Assembly (NCBI GenBank): GCA_018335335.1
Contig: JAGXKG010000005.1
Coordinates: 2,868-66,867, forward strand
Source: Candidatus Thorarchaeota archaeon
GTDB lineage: Archaea; Asgardarchaeota; Thorarchaeia; Thorarchaeales; Thorarchaeaceae
DNA: 64,000 nt
Reading direction: 5' to 3'
Shown here: piece by piece, positions 30,166 through 40,505 of the stretch
Layout of the letters: the number at the start of each line of letters is the position of its first letter
Numbering within the stretch: position 1 is the stretch's first letter
Position numbers and translations under genes: made by a program
The notes under the pieces: generated by a model
Seen by the model: only the letters and a program-made list of their open reading frames with translations
What the model was told of the DNA's origin: nothing
The model's database searches: none

Positions 30166-31296
30166 TCATTTTCCACCTGATTTGGGGCTCTTTGTAACAA
30201 CATGGCCAAGGTCATTCAGAACCTTTCTCGCCAGCTGTTTGGCTTCTGAATCTCGATGCAGCAGAGCAGCAGCGAAACTATCGAGAGATCGAGGGTGGGA
30301 TTTCTTGGCCTCCTCCAAAGCATTCTCGAAGTGTACCTCCCGATCATTCTTCAGGACATTGAGAAGATACGGAATTGCCTTCTCTTCGAATTTGGCGATG
30401 GTGTTTGCCGCCTTCTCTCGCACACTCGATTCCAAATCATAAAGACACTCTACCAGTACCGGAATACTTGATGACAGGCGAATACTTCCAAGTGCCTCTA
30501 TTGCTGCCTTCTTCACCCAAGGATACTTATCTTCAGTCGCCGCACATAGATACGGTTCTGCACGAGAATCACCAATGATCCCCAGAGACTGAGCTGCCTT
30601 GGTCCGTTCACCGGAGTTATTACCTGTGAGACGAAGTATTTCACAGAGTATCTTTTCCATCCTATCGGAAACGTTGTCAAATTTCACGCGTTCGATTTCA
30701 AAATCAAAGTCGACAGGGCATATATCAGAGGATAAGACAATCCCTAGCCTGTTGAGATGCTCAATGAGTTTCTCACCAAAGCCATTGTTTCGAACTTCTG
30801 AAGTTGTGAGTTTGAAACCATAATAGCTCTGTACAAATCTCTGGGAATCGAAGCCCTCTTGGCAAACAGAACGTAAATGCTCAATACGTGTTGAAGCTAT
30901 TTGGGGAATGAGAATCGCGGCTTGTGTTTCTACAAGCTCTTCCACATCTATGAAAAACGTGTTGCCAATCTCCACCTGTTTTCTAAGATTCTTCAACGCT
31001 ACTTCTTCAATATAGTTGAAAAAACAACGTTCATCTGTACGATATGCAGATGTAAGTATATCAATTGGTTTTGCATCAATACAAGCAAGATGTGAAATTC
31101 GTAGAGCTTCAAAAAGTGTCCGCCTTAGATAGCCCCACTTGTAGCTGAAATCTTCCTCAGAAAGAATCTCTAAGGCGTCGATGATTTCTTGGCCCCCTTT
31201 ATGATTACATGCAATGATAATGCGTTCTCTAAGACGGTCAGAACGTAAAGAAGCGATATCCTGCTTCAACCCAGAGAGTAGATGTGCATCAGGCAA
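30166..31296 (-). CDS. HEAT-repeat (PBS-lyase-type) protein
   Basis: The C-terminal half has repeats of the form D....VR..AA.ALG.IG....IP.L. Confidence 0.6.
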   Translation of the reverse strand: MPDAHLLSGLKQDIASLRSDRLRERIIIACNHKGGQEIIDALEILSEEDFSYKWGYLRRTLFEALRISHLACIDAKPIDILTSAYRTDERCFFNYIEEVALKNLRKQVEIGNTFFIDVEELVETQAAILIPQIASTRIEHLRSVCQEGFDSQRFVQSYYGFKLTTSEVRNNGFGEKLIEHLNRLGIVLSSDICPVDFDFEIERVKFDNVSDRMEKILCEILRLTGNNSGERTKAAQSLGIIGDSRAEPYLCAATEDKYPWVKKAAIEALGSIRLSSSIPVLVECLYDLESSVREKAANTIAKFEEKAIPYLLNVLKNDREVHFENALEEAKKSHPRSLDSFAAALLHRDSEAKQLARKVLNDLGHVVTKSPKSGGK

Positions 31297-31385
31297 GATT
31301 GACGACCAGAATCAAATTATGAAATGAGAAATCGCAGTACTAGCATGTAGTAAGAAGGGGGGCCCTCTTCTCGATAGGTGGTATG

Positions 31386-31703
31386 TTATTCCAACCCCAG
31401 GTCTTCTATTTCCTCTTCTACCTCTTCTATGCCTTCAGCATAGAAATCCTGTTCGTCGGGTTCAAGATGATAGAGTAGGCGCAGGAATTCACCGGCGTGA
31501 ACACGTTCTTCATCAGCAATATCAATCAATACTTCCTTTGCCAATTCGTCATCGGTTGATTCTGCAAGCTGCATGTAGAGTTGTATGGCTTCGTATTCAG
31601 CAGCAATCATGTATCGAATTGCGCGTACAAGTTCCGAATGCGTAAGCTTTCGGTCGTTAGCCAATCCAGAAAAAGTGTCTGCAAATTCAGGCATTTTAAT
31701 CAC
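31386..31703 (-). CDS. Small ferritin-like diiron protein (EncFtn/rubrerythrin-fold half-ferritin)
   Basis: AAEYEAIQLY...DIADEERVHAGEF gives one E..(x)..EE..H site per ~100-aa chain. The C-terminus is acidic. Confidence 0.6.
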   Translation of the reverse strand: MIKMPEFADTFSGLANDRKLTHSELVRAIRYMIAAEYEAIQLYMQLAESTDDELAKEVLIDIADEERVHAGEFLRLLYHLEPDEQDFYAEGIEEVEEEIEDLGLE

Positions 31704-31767
31704 ATCATTATACTTCTAAAGGGTAAATGCGGTCTTATGACGCTTTGGTTTACTTCGTTGCCAGTTC

Positions 31768-32553
31768 TTACTGTTTCAGAGCGGTTATGATAAGCCGTTC
31801 AGCGTTTGTGTTATACTCAGTACCCTTGAAACTGCCGTAGGTTCTCATACCCGAGAAACCGCATTCTTCCAGCATTTCGGCAAGTTCGGCAGCAGAATAC
31901 AAGTTCTGCACAGAGACCCATTCATGCCAGATGCCATTCCTGTCAAGCAGCTTCCAAGAGGTCCTCAGCTTTGTTTCGTTTTCGATGATGTTGCTTTCAA
32001 TGACATAAACACCACGTCCGGTCTCCATTTCACTTGTTCGTGGGAACAATTCAAGAACAATTCCTTTGCCCCAAAAATCAATGAGCAGCTTTCCCGGACT
32101 GTGCAAGGATTTGTAGATGTTCTTGAGTACAAGTATCTCATCACTATAATCTGCAAAATAACCAAAAGAGCCGTACATATTGATTGCCGCGTCAAAAGAG
32201 TCAGGCTTGCAAAATTCCCGCATGTCTCCTATACGAAACTCGGCTGGCAAATCCTCCTCGGAAGCCGCTGTCCGGGCCTGTTCAATGAAATAATCATTGA
32301 TATCCACACCAACGACATCGTAACCCCGACTAGACAGTTCTAGGGCATGTCTTCCATATCCGCAGCATAAATCCAAGACCCGATCTGTTGGATGTAAATC
32401 TAATAGATTAATCAAACCTTGTACATCAGATTCAGTCGTATCAAGCAAGCTAGGGGGGAACACTACAGGCGCCATCAGCTGCCACATGTCTTTCATTTCG
32501 TGCCACTGTAGCACGCCATCGTCTGATTCTTTTCCCGTCTTGTTCTGACCCAA
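31768..32553 (-). CDS. Class I SAM-dependent methyltransferase
   Basis: Motif I VLDLCCGYGRH and motif II VVGVDIND. Confidence 0.85.
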   Translation of the reverse strand: MGQNKTGKESDDGVLQWHEMKDMWQLMAPVVFPPSLLDTTESDVQGLINLLDLHPTDRVLDLCCGYGRHALELSSRGYDVVGVDINDYFIEQARTAASEEDLPAEFRIGDMREFCKPDSFDAAINMYGSFGYFADYSDEILVLKNIYKSLHSPGKLLIDFWGKGIVLELFPRTSEMETGRGVYVIESNIIENETKLRTSWKLLDRNGIWHEWVSVQNLYSAAELAEMLEECGFSGMRTYGSFKGTEYNTNAERLIITALKQ

Positions 32554-32641
32554 TCCAGAACACCATCCTGTTTGCTTTCACTTGTTTATCGTAGACTAAT
32601 CACATTAAGGTACTGTGGAGAGCAACATAGCAGAGCTCAGG

Positions 32642-34549
32642 TTAACGTCGTATTGCCAATCTAAGGGCATTAGCTATTACTGCTAGGGTTATGCCCATAT
32701 CACCTAGGCCGATTGCAATCCAAAGGCTAACAAAACCCGGAATCGCCAGCACTCCTAGGACAGCTTTCGTTCCAATTGAGAGTATCACGTTATTCCGAAC
32801 GATACCCATTGTCTTCTTCGCACGCTGCAGAAGCTCAGGTATTCTGGAGAGATCATCCTCCATAAGTGCGATGTCTGACGTTTCGAGGGCAATATCACTT
32901 GATATGACCCCCATTGAGATACCAGCATCTGCTGCAGCCATAGCAGGAGCGTCATTAACTCCATCACCCACCATGATAATTGGTCCTTCTTTGCCAAGCT
33001 CCTTCACAGCTTCGACTTTCTCGTGAGGGAGCAATTCTGCTCGCCATTCATCAATTCCTAGTTCAGTTGCTATCTCACGCGCAACTGAATTGTGGTCGCC
33101 AGTTAGCATAACAGTTCGAATTCCCTTTTCCTTCAGCGCGTCAATAGTAGCTTTACTCTCAGGCCGCAATACATCCGCAAGAATCAGAGTTCCTATGTGC
33201 CCTGACTGTTTGGCAACGTATACGGGTGTTCCGGTACGTACAGCACCCACGCCTTCCTCTGAGATGGAGATAGATTTCTCCTCCATCAATCTGCGATTTC
33301 CAACCAGATATACGGTGCCATCGATTTCGGCGCGAATGCCCCGTCCTGGCAGAGAGCGGAAATTGTATGCTGTTCTAAGAGGTAATTCTTGGTCCTTTGA
33401 TTCTTGAACAATGGCCTCCGCAAGAGGATGTTCAGACATGCGTTCCAATGACGCTGCGATTTCAAGAACTTCATCTTGGTTAGCGTCTATTGTATGAATA
33501 TCTCTGACCTCTAATTTGGCCTGAGTAAGGGTTCCGGTTTTGTCAAAAGCCACCGTCTTGACCTTGCTCATTCGTTCAACATACTTCGAGGCTTTCACAA
33601 GAACGCCATCTCTTGCGGAACCAGTTATGGAAGATACCATACTGACCGGAATAGAAATTGCAAAAGCACATGGACACGAGATAACGAGCAACGATAAACC
33701 GCGATAAATTGCTTCAGGAAGAGATAGTCCCAGCAAGAAGGTGATTACGGTAAGGCCAAGTGAGAAGCCAACAACAGCTGGAGTGTAGATATGGGAAAAC
33801 TTGGTCACTGTCAGTTCAGCAGGTGCCTTTTCCTTCCTTGCCTGTTCAATATAATCAATAATCTTGGATAGGACTGTATCACCAGATTCCTTTGTAACTT
33901 CGATTTCCAAATACCCCTTCCCGTTGATGGTACCAGCATACACCTCATCGCCAACTTCCTTGGTAACAAGCATGGACTCACCTGTAATTGGCGCCTGATT
34001 TACAGCGGAAGATCCCTGGACCACCTGGCCATCTAGTCCTATCTTATCTCCAGGCCTAATAGTTATGATGTCTCCAACTTCGACATCTTCAGGAGATTTG
34101 CACTGCTCGCCCGCAGGTGTTTTCACAGTGATACTAGGAGGTTTTAGATCAAGTAAGCTCTCAATTTCAGTCCGCACCCGTTCACTGGACTTCTCTTCAA
34201 GGAGCTCAGCTATGGAGAACAGGAGCATGACGGATGCGCCTTCAGCAGGGGCACCAATGAGCATCGCCCCTATGGCTGCAAATGTCATAAGGAAGTTGAT
34301 GTCCAGATGTGCCTGTGCCGCACCTCGTAACCCCGCAGGAATAACCCAACGACCAGCAGAAAGCATAGAAACGAGGTATGCAGCATAATAGACATGTATT
34401 GGAAAAGAAGCAAACTCCAATACTAGACCTCCAATGAGTGCTATCGCCGAGACAGCAACAACGGGGTATTTCTGCCTGAGATTTGACGGGGTATTTTTTG
34501 CCTCATCTGCAGCGCAGTAAGCACAATAGGCATCAGAGTCCACAGACAT
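32642..34549 (-). CDS. P1B-type heavy-metal-translocating ATPase (Zn/Cd/Co-type CPC pump)
   Basis: TGES, SCPCAF, DKTGTLT, MLTGD and GDGVNDAPA motifs. The likely start is MSVDSD at 34549, which overlaps the arsR stop. Confidence 0.9.
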   Translation of the reverse strand: MSVDSDAYCAYCAADEAKNTPSNLRQKYPVVAVSAIALIGGLVLEFASFPIHVYYAAYLVSMLSAGRWVIPAGLRGAAQAHLDINFLMTFAAIGAMLIGAPAEGASVMLLFSIAELLEEKSSERVRTEIESLLDLKPPSITVKTPAGEQCKSPEDVEVGDIITIRPGDKIGLDGQVVQGSSAVNQAPITGESMLVTKEVGDEVYAGTINGKGYLEIEVTKESGDTVLSKIIDYIEQARKEKAPAELTVTKFSHIYTPAVVGFSLGLTVITFLLGLSLPEAIYRGLSLLVISCPCAFAISIPVSMVSSITGSARDGVLVKASKYVERMSKVKTVAFDKTGTLTQAKLEVRDIHTIDANQDEVLEIAASLERMSEHPLAEAIVQESKDQELPLRTAYNFRSLPGRGIRAEIDGTVYLVGNRRLMEEKSISISEEGVGAVRTGTPVYVAKQSGHIGTLILADVLRPESKATIDALKEKGIRTVMLTGDHNSVAREIATELGIDEWRAELLPHEKVEAVKELGKEGPIIMVGDGVNDAPAMAAADAGISMGVISSDIALETSDIALMEDDLSRIPELLQRAKKTMGIVRNNVILSIGTKAVLGVLAIPGFVSLWIAIGLGDMGITLAVIANALRLAIRR

Positions 34550-34874
34550 GATCTCTGGCCCGCCAAAGGATATCACGCACACATTCGTCGTCTAGGTGAT
34601 AGTAGACTTCTTTGCCTTCCTTCTCATAACTGACGAAGCCAAGATCCTCAAGCTTGCCCAAATGATGACTTACATTGCTAACTGACATGTCTAGCTGATT
34701 TGCAATATCAGATACGCAAAGACGCCTATCCTCTGCTAAATTGTTGATAATTTGTAACCTCGATTTGTCTGCTAGAGCCTTGAAAATCTTGACAATGTCG
34801 GCGATTTCCTCAGGTTCAAGCTCAGGCGTAGCAGTTATTGATTCTGTTCCGGCTTTCATCGCATCCAACAACAT
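34533..34874 (-). CDS. ArsR/SmtB-family metalloregulator
   Basis: FKALADKSRLQIINNL...CVSDIANQLDMSVSNVSHHL and a DDEC... C-terminal ligand region. It sits immediately upstream of the ATPase. Confidence 0.85.
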   Translation of the reverse strand: MLLDAMKAGTESITATPELEPEEIADIVKIFKALADKSRLQIINNLAEDRRLCVSDIANQLDMSVSNVSHHLGKLEDLGFVSYEKEGKEVYYHLDDECVRDILWRARDHVCGL

Positions 34875-35019
34875 GTTTCTATGGTTGATTAAGTATTAAA
34901 ATGTGTTAAAAGCGGCATTGGTAAGCAGAACTGAGCAATAGGGCTGGAAGGTTCCTACCCAAAAACTGTGGCAAAGGTGATAAGTTGCGGATGGCCACCA
35001 CGCATGAACCAATTCATGG

Positions 35020-35529
35020 ATGTTGATTCAGATGCCGTTTACACCGTTTCATTTCGGTCCCGCGATGCTGTTTGTCTTTCTTTTCTTCCCATTCTTTGAT
35101 GTTGCGGCCCTACTGCTTTCCAGTGTAATAGTAGATGTAGAACCGTTCGGAGTGTTGTTCTTGGGTTTTCCGGGACCGTTGCACGGGTTTCTCCACACAT
35201 TTGTAGGAGCAACAATCATGGGGATACTAGCCTCATTTCTAGTATACATCTTACAATTACCGGTTCAGAGAATCCTCGTTCTTTTTAAGATAAGACAAGA
35301 GACGAAAATAAGCAGAATCGTTTACACTAGTCTCTTTGGAACCTACTCACATGTGTTTCTAGACTCGTTTCTATATGCTGAGATGAATCCCTTCTTCCCT
35401 TTTCTTGGGAACCCGCTATATGGTCTCCTGCCCGGGCTCTGGATCTATATGATCTGCATGATAGGATTCCTCATTGGATTTCTTCTCTATCTCTTCAGAC
35501 TGGTTATATTGGCAAATGATACGGTATAG
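35020..35529 (+). CDS. Hypothetical membrane protein
   Basis: Four to five TM helices with conserved His residues (HGFLHTF, SHVFLD). Confidence 0.45.
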   Translation: MLIQMPFTPFHFGPAMLFVFLFFPFFDVAALLLSSVIVDVEPFGVLFLGFPGPLHGFLHTFVGATIMGILASFLVYILQLPVQRILVLFKIRQETKISRIVYTSLFGTYSHVFLDSFLYAEMNPFFPFLGNPLYGLLPGLWIYMICMIGFLIGFLLYLFRLVILANDTV

Positions 35530-35619
35530 CAAACCCAACTGGGAAAACATTGCGCAGTTCTCCACGTTTTTCGAAGTATTGTCAGATTCTATGTTACTCG
35601 TAGTTGGTGAAAATTTACA

Positions 35620-36267
35620 ATGGAAACGAAGTGGCGTGAATTGCCCAAACCCAGTCTTTCTGGCAACATGTCTATTGAGGAAGTCCTTGCGTCAAGACGG
35701 ACGGTCCGAAATTTTGCTGAAAGGTATATTGAACTGAAAACCGTGTCGCAATTGCTATGGGCGCTACAAGGAATAACTCAGAAGGGAAATGCTGAGAGAG
35801 AAGAGGATTCATTTCGAACAGCGCCCTCAGCAGGCAGAAGCTATCCCCTAGTTGTTTACCTTCTATATGGCGATTTATGGATATATCAACCGGAAGAACA
35901 TGCCTTAACCCTACACAAACGAGAAGATCTAAGAAAAACCCTAGCAGAAGCTGTCTTAACCAGAATGAATCGAGAAGCAATCGAGGGGGCCCCACTAACA
36001 GTAGTAGTAGCTTCGGATAACAAGTCCATAGTAGAGCTAACGCCGAGGGTGGAAGATGCTCTTTGTTTCACGTACTTAGAAGCGGGACATGCCACTCAGA
36101 ATCTCATATTGCAGGCCTGGGCGCTTGGTCTTGGAGCGTGTACAATAACCAGCTACAAGACCGCTAAGGCACAGAGATTACTTACATTGCCACTACATCA
36201 TCGGCCAATTTATCTGATACCTTTGGGCATCCCAAATAATCATACTAGTGTGAGTAATGGATTGTAG
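35620..36267 (+). CDS. Nitroreductase-fold protein (SagB/ThcOx-type dehydrogenase domain)
   Basis: RRTVRNF, PSAGRSYPL and EAGHATQNL.LQA.ALGLG motifs. Confidence 0.75.
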   Translation: METKWRELPKPSLSGNMSIEEVLASRRTVRNFAERYIELKTVSQLLWALQGITQKGNAEREEDSFRTAPSAGRSYPLVVYLLYGDLWIYQPEEHALTLHKREDLRKTLAEAVLTRMNREAIEGAPLTVVVASDNKSIVELTPRVEDALCFTYLEAGHATQNLILQAWALGLGACTITSYKTAKAQRLLTLPLHHRPIYLIPLGIPNNHTSVSNGL

Positions 36268-36304
36268 CGGGGCAGCCTTTACAGCCAACTTTTTCCATCT
36301 GAGG

Positions 36305-36667
36305 TCATTTTGCACAATTAGTGCCGCAGGGCGACGTCTCCGACAGTTCATCGGGTAAGTGCGGCTGAAATTCCGCGGGATATGCTATCTGATCGACGAG
36401 GGTAATACTTACCTCATCAGCCCCAAGTAAGTCCGGTTTTTCTTCAGGAAGCGTAAACCACCACTTCATGTCCTCGGGAGCTATGAACACACCCAAGAAA
36501 AGGTTTGAGCGAACACCCGAGGCTAACAGACGGGGGCAATTCTTCATTGACTCTGCGTTCCTAGCAGCTTTCTTCGCTGTAGGCATTTTGGCAACCATTA
36601 CGCCTAGAGTACTCTTGTTTGTAGATGAATCGTTGTCATCTTTGTGATGCTTCTTCAATAGGTTCAA
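36305..36667 (-). CDS. Hypothetical protein
   Basis: ORF only. Confidence 0.35.
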   Translation of the reverse strand: MNLLKKHHKDDNDSSTNKSTLGVMVAKMPTAKKAARNAESMKNCPRLLASGVRSNLFLGVFIAPEDMKWWFTLPEEKPDLLGADEVSITLVDQIAYPAEFQPHLPDELSETSPCGTNCAK

Positions 36668-36852
36668 CTCTTTGACTTAAGGGCTTCTTCAGTCAGTCTG
36701 TGTCTTCAGCTACATCTCATATGAGAGTTGATGTTGAAGCAGTTGAAATGATACAGTATGGCACCTACCACTAGTCTATTATTGCAGTAGGGACCGCCTG
36801 ATATAGGAGACAATTCCTGTCGAAGATCCCGCCTCATGAGATAGACTAAGGT

Positions 36853-38028
36853 GTGCATGAGAAAATGGATGATGAGCCACTGTATATGGATGCAAATATC
36901 AGGGTTGTATATGGCATCACTCTCATGGCCGTCATGGGGGTATCAAGTATTTCTCCTGCACTTCCGCAGATATCCCGTGTATTTGAGATAGGACCAGAGC
37001 AGGTGGGACTCCTAATCACGGTCTTCACTTTACCCGGAATCTTTCTGACATTCGGATTGGGAATACTAGCAGATCGATTTGGGAGGAAAAGGATACTTGT
37101 TCCATCGCTCTTGCTTTTCGGTTTTGCGGGAACTGCTTGCGCATTTGTTGGGTCATTTGTAATGTTGATGATACTTCGTTTCATCCAAGGAGTGGGGGCT
37201 GCTGCCATTGGTTCTTTGACTATTACACTTCTCGGAGACCTCTATTCTGGTGAGAGACAGAAGAAAGCGATGCTGTATAATGCGGGAGTACTGAGTATCG
37301 GTACCGCTTCCTATCCATCCATAGGAGGTGCCCTTGCATCCCTCGACTGGCATTTTCCATTTCTTCTAGCATTCTTTGCCATCCCCATAGCTGGCCTAGT
37401 GACATTCAAATTGGAAACTATTGAACCCGAGGGGGCACCAGATTTCGGCGGATATTTGAGAACTGCGTGGAAGGGTATCAAAAATGTGGAAGTCATTGTC
37501 ATGCTATTCGTCAGCGTCATGACCTTCATTCTCCTATATGGGGCTCACCAGACCTATGTGCCTATTCTGTTAGATAAGGAATATGGCTCATCATCCTTAA
37601 TCATCGGTATCGTTATGTCTAGCGTATCAGTAGCAACGGGTCTCACGTCGTGGTTTCTAGCCAAATATGGGCACAGCTACGATGGGGTTAAGCTATTACA
37701 GGCAGCCTTTCTCGTCTATTGTCTCGTGATGCTTGTAATCCCTCTTGTGAACAGCTTGTGGCTGATGCTAATTCCACTTACGCTGTTTGGTGCTGCACAG
37801 GGTATGAATATTCCAACAAGACAAAATCTTCTTGCCGAGGTTTCATCAGAAGAATACAGGGCCGCGGTCATGTCACTCAACGGCATGGCTCTGAGAGGGG
37901 GACAAACGCTGGGGCCGACCATTATGGGGCTGGCATTCCTAATAGGGGGTTTGGATTTGCCATTCCTTTTGGGGGCTGTATTTGCCCTATTCACATTCTT
38001 AGTTTTGACAGTCACTCTACGAAAATGA
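36853..38028 (+). CDS. MFS transporter
   Basis: Twelve TM segments and GILADRFGRKR (MFS motif A). Confidence 0.8.
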   Translation: MHEKMDDEPLYMDANIRVVYGITLMAVMGVSSISPALPQISRVFEIGPEQVGLLITVFTLPGIFLTFGLGILADRFGRKRILVPSLLLFGFAGTACAFVGSFVMLMILRFIQGVGAAAIGSLTITLLGDLYSGERQKKAMLYNAGVLSIGTASYPSIGGALASLDWHFPFLLAFFAIPIAGLVTFKLETIEPEGAPDFGGYLRTAWKGIKNVEVIVMLFVSVMTFILLYGAHQTYVPILLDKEYGSSSLIIGIVMSSVSVATGLTSWFLAKYGHSYDGVKLLQAAFLVYCLVMLVIPLVNSLWLMLIPLTLFGAAQGMNIPTRQNLLAEVSSEEYRAAVMSLNGMALRGGQTLGPTIMGLAFLIGGLDLPFLLGAVFALFTFLVLTVTLRK

Positions 38029-38099
38029 AGATATTAGCAATATCCACTTTCTGACGAGAAAAATCCAATCATCCAAGAGATTCATTGCAGTAAGTCTGT

Positions 38100-38582
38100 C
38101 TAATGCTCAAATCGATTATCAGCTGTTTTGACAGTATTCTCATCATCAAGAAACTGAGAAAGCCAGCCAGATGTAGCATGCGGCCGATGATCGAACTCAG
38201 GTACGAAGGGCTTGATATCCAACAGGGGAGTATTATCCAACATGTCTGCACCGCGGAAAACTATTCTATCGTTCTCCATTTTCACAACCTCAACCACAGA
38301 GATGCCTATCGGATTAGGTCTAGCTGGGGCCCTAGTGGAGAAAAGGCCCCGTGCTTCATCTCCTAAATAGGGGCGGACCATCATCTGTGGATCTTTTGAT
38401 TGATGGAACCAATAGAGGAGTAGTATGTGGGAGAACTGATTAAGAGAATGAAGGCCAGAAACATATTCGGAGTGAAGTACGACCTCTCCAAGTTCATCCG
38501 ACATATGTGCTTGAATCGTAATGCCTTCACTGGACGTGAAAGGTGTTCGTATCACACCGATTGGTTTTATGTTCATATTCAA
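38100..38582 (-). CDS. trmO: tRNA (m6t6A37) methyltransferase TrmO/TsaA family
   Basis: RPNPIGISVVEV and DMLDNTPLLDIKPFVPEFD signature. Confidence 0.85.
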   Translation of the reverse strand: MNMNIKPIGVIRTPFTSSEGITIQAHMSDELGEVVLHSEYVSGLHSLNQFSHILLLYWFHQSKDPQMMVRPYLGDEARGLFSTRAPARPNPIGISVVEVVKMENDRIVFRGADMLDNTPLLDIKPFVPEFDHRPHATSGWLSQFLDDENTVKTADNRFEH

Positions 38583-38629
38583 ATTCTGATTCCATCCTGT
38601 ATTGTCTGCCGTGTTAGAGTATTACCAAT

Positions 38630-39295
38630 TCATAGATTGTGTTGACCTTTTAGTTGTTGAACAAATGATTCTATTATTCTATTCTCAGCCCGTCTCAGAC
38701 GCTCCTGCATGGCAACCCTACTGATGCCAAGTTCACTAGCAAGCTCACTTACCGTAATAGGGTGAGGAATCTCATAATATCCTGCCCGGTATGCTGCAAG
38801 AATGGCTTCCTCTTGTTTTTCGGTTAGAAGTGACTCAAATAGGCTTAGGGGATTGGATCTCAGCAATCGAATCTTGGCGGTAGTGAAGCGCCTTCTGAGA
38901 ATTTTCAAAAGTGTTCCAAGGTGCGCTCTTGATGGAGATAGTACTGAATGCTTCTGAATACCATCTTGGATTATGATCGGAAGTTTGGTCATGCTACCGC
39001 ATTCAAGTATCGTCTCATGAATCGAGGGGAAGTCTAGCTGATGGGTTACCCGGGTCCAATAAACTCTGGGCGACTTGTAAGTCACAGATACCTCCACGAC
39101 ACTATCGGAAGCACGGAGGGCATCTATGTATTCTTCAATGAATCTTCCACTATCATCAAGACTCTCAACAATCCCAAAACCAGTGGGGCCACTAATTGTC
39201 ACAATCAAAACTCGAACGGGTATCTTTCGAGTAAGCTCACAAGAGTAGTAGTCTCTCGCACTGATTTCAAAGGTGCTCTGAATCATTTTAAACAC
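38630..39295 (-). CDS. HTH_10 (bacterio-opsin-activator-type) transcriptional regulator
   Basis: C-terminal LTEKQEEAILAAYRAGYYEIPHPITVSELASELGISRVAMQERLRRAENRII. Confidence 0.75.
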   Translation of the reverse strand: MFKMIQSTFEISARDYYSCELTRKIPVRVLIVTISGPTGFGIVESLDDSGRFIEEYIDALRASDSVVEVSVTYKSPRVYWTRVTHQLDFPSIHETILECGSMTKLPIIIQDGIQKHSVLSPSRAHLGTLLKILRRRFTTAKIRLLRSNPLSLFESLLTEKQEEAILAAYRAGYYEIPHPITVSELASELGISRVAMQERLRRAENRIIESFVQQLKGQHNL

Positions 39296-39414
39296 CCGTC
39301 TTATGACGGGTAAACCTTCATTCCAGTGATAACTGTTCGTATTGGCAGAAAGGAGGTCCTAAACTGTCGAATCTTCTTGTAAACACTGATGCCAATCTGT
39401 CCAAGGAACACCTA

Positions 39415-40305
39415 ATGGCGTCCCTCGAAGCACTAGTCGTTACAATACTCTGGTCTTCATCATATGTCATCATCAAACTCGGCCTTGAAGAAGTACCACC
39501 CCTCCTTTTCTCAGGACTTCGGTATTCGGTTGCATCAGTTGTGCTCATTGGTTTCGTTTTGTCTCAAGGACGCTATAGAAAACAGATTGTTAGCAAGGAG
39601 AAAACATGGTGGGGGATTATTGCGGTTTACGGAGTTATATTCGTGGCATTTACTCAAGGAGCTCATTACGTTGCATTATCCCTTCTTCCTGCTATCACGG
39701 AGTCTATGCTACTCAATCTGACGCCTGTAATTGTACTCCTCATGGGGATCATATTTCTAGATGAAACACCAACGAAAGGACAGCTGCTTCTTATTTTCAT
39801 TGGGTTAGTCGGCATTCTAATCTACTTCTTTCCATTGAACTTGCCATTGGTACAGGTTATCGGGTTGTTTGTTGCAATAGGTGAATTACTGGCTAACGCA
39901 TTGTCATCTCTACTGGGAAGAAAAATTAACAGAGATAGTATCGACCATCCCGTAGTGATTACTAGTCTCAGTATGGGTATTGGTTCCGTTGTTCTCCTAC
40001 TCTCAGGCATAATCCTGGAAGGAATGGTCCCCATATCGCCAATTAGTCTAGCATATATTCTCTGGCTAGCAATCATAAATACCGCCTTTGCCTTCACCCT
40101 GTGGAACAAAGCCATGCGGGTATTGAGGGCAGTAGATGTTTCTCTCATAAATAGCACAATGCTCCCCCAGATCGTCATCTTGTCCGTTCTTTTCCTAGGA
40201 GAAATGCCCGACATTCTTGACTGGATCGGGCTTGTACTGCTCGCTCTAAGCATCGCGCTTATTCAGATTACCCAAGCGAAAAGAAAGGGAGCTGTTAAAG
40301 GGTGA
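39415..40305 (+). CDS. EamA/DMT-family transporter
   Basis: Ten TM helices in two EamA halves. Confidence 0.85.
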   Translation: MASLEALVVTILWSSSYVIIKLGLEEVPPLLFSGLRYSVASVVLIGFVLSQGRYRKQIVSKEKTWWGIIAVYGVIFVAFTQGAHYVALSLLPAITESMLLNLTPVIVLLMGIIFLDETPTKGQLLLIFIGLVGILIYFFPLNLPLVQVIGLFVAIGELLANALSSLLGRKINRDSIDHPVVITSLSMGIGSVVLLLSGIILEGMVPISPISLAYILWLAIINTAFAFTLWNKAMRVLRAVDVSLINSTMLPQIVILSVLFLGEMPDILDWIGLVLLALSIALIQITQAKRKGAVKG

Positions 40306-40505
40306 ATTTTCAAAAAAAACGGCATTGAGGCGCAGAGATTCGCATCGCTGATAAAAAATTTGGTACACATGTTCCAATTTTTGGCGTTAGGATGCTGAAG
40401 AAACTAGCTTTGTAGAAACAGTCGGCGGTGATAGCCCAAAGCATAAATGTAATTAACAATAGTTATCAATGTTTCATATACTCTTGTCGACGGAAAGTGA
40501 AATAC

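Noticed and set aside
31386-31703. An encapsulin nanocompartment locus.
   Set aside because: Only the small ferritin-like gene is present. No HK97-fold shell gene lies within the flanking genes.
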